Assembly (NCBI GenBank): GCA_030324005.1
Contig: JARDVH010000193.1
Coordinates: 86,991,550-87,055,549, forward strand
From: Negaprion brevirostris
Lineage: Eukaryota
Direction: 5' to 3'
Length of the DNA stretch: 64,000 nt
Part shown: positions 62,607 to 64,000 of the stretch, in pieces
Layout of the letters: each line of letters begins with the position of its first letter
Numbering within the stretch: position 1 is the stretch's first letter
Program-made: the position numbers and the translations under genes
The notes under the pieces: model-generated
Seen by the model: only the letters and a program-made list of their open reading frames with translations
Database searches by the model: none
What the model was told of the DNA's origin: nothing

Positions 62607-63580
62607 CTCCAGGATTCTCCCATCCTGACCCACTAATTTTTCGGCAGTTGGGCCAGGAAAGTTGTGCATGCGCTAATTTGCGGGATTCGCACATGCGTTC
62701 CCGATGCACGCACATCTCCCAGTTCGGATATCTGGCGTGATCGGGACCACATTGGAAACGGGTGGGAGCAGCAGGTAAGTAATTTTAATCTATTTTTAAT
62801 GTTATTTGAATGCCATTACCAGGCTCAATATAATTTCACTCCAGCCGAGTTTAGAGAAGCTCCCCACTTTCGGGGAACTAGTGGGAGACACCACTGGAGT
62901 GAAGGGGGCAATCAGGGCCACCCAGGTGGTCGGGCAGTGGGGAGGTGGTGCTTGTTGGGCATGGGGACCCTGGCAATAACAACCTGTTCCTCCTGGTACT
63001 GCCCAGGGGACACCTTGGCATTGCCCATTTGGCATCAGGACCTAGGGCAAGGGGCTCAGGACAATTGGTGGGGGTGGGGCACCCACTGCCATTCTACATT
63101 GGGATCAATCGGGGCTGGAGAAAGACCAGTGATCGGGGCAGATGGGGGGGAATGCCTGCTGGGGTGACGGGCGGGGGGAGCGCGCTGGGGGGAAGGTTGC
63201 TGAAGATCAGAGCACTTCTGGCTGAGATGTGCGCAGCGGGGAGGGGTCAGGACTAGCCCGGGAATGCTTATGCGCACCACGATTGGGCAGTGGGAGACTG
63301 GAGGGCAGCACTAAGGGGGTCCCATGCTGGCCTGCAATCGAACTGGCCCACAAACCAGAGGCTGACAGATTGGGGCCACTGCGCATGCGTAGAGGCCTGG
63401 ACCTGTCAGATTCTGACATGATAGGCCACACCCCAGAGCTTTTAACGATATTTCCAATTGTGACCTCTGCATAAGAGCGTGAGAGATTCGAGTCTGAACT
63501 CCCACTCAAAAAACAGTCGTGATCTACACCAGTTTTCCTGCAAATTCAGCACTTAGAACTTTTTTGGGAGAATCGCCCCC
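62607..63580. mobile_element. GC-rich ~1 kb Harbinger-type MITE
   Basis: ccaggattctccca ... tgggagaatcgccc; collinear with 55382-56383. Confidence 0.8.
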
Positions 63581-64000
63581 GATCCTCAGGGCATCGATCA
63601 TATCCTGCTGAGAATTTACAGCATTTTCTGTTTTAATCTATGTTGAAGCTTTATTAATTTCACAGTACAAGAGGAATTTGATTTTTCTCGTACCTGACGC
63701 TATTCTATTCTTTGTAATGCAACACATTTTTCTTCACTCTGCAACTGTTAAATAAGGAATGATTTTGCCATATAATTTTATTCTTTTAACTATTCTGTTC
63801 TAATGCCCAATCAGTGCACTGTAACAGCTTTGGATACTTATTCATTATCCTAAGGGAAGATATGGGTGGTCAAGCAATTTTAAAATTATTACAAAATTAT
63901 GACAGGCCCATGAGCTGAGTGATTGATGGGATTTTGCTGTTGAACAACACTTGCTTTATCAAATAATATTTTCAAACTCCTAACGACAAACTGTAAGTTG

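Overview
Eukaryotic, repeat-dense, gapped scaffold from a shark (cartilaginous fish). The assignment rests on HE1-type tRNA SINEs, CR1/HER1-like LINEs, a DeuSINE-like SINE and Penelope pLTR remnants. I found no convincing host protein-coding exon; the window looks intronic or intergenic, and nearly all ORF-track entries are spurious or TE-derived. The main discovery is two old, independently decayed copies in opposite orientation (15808-20600 minus; 56859-61520 plus) of a chimeric Gypsy-type LTR element. Its structure is LTR - tRNA-Ser PBS - degenerate gag - ~24-bp R/K-rich tandem repeat - intronless SYCP1 (synaptonemal complex protein 1) coiled-coil sequence - integrase C-terminal tail - PPT - LTR. 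In other words, most of pol appears replaced by a captured meiotic gene. Also present are many PIF/Harbinger MITEs with 3-bp TSDs, a Harbinger transposase fossil, retroviral RNase H/integrase and env-like fragments, an internally deleted Tx1 element, Penelope-type hammerhead ribozyme cores, a tRNA-Leu pseudogene and AT-rich CNE-like blocks. All homologies were judged by eye from remembered family motifs; no database search was run.
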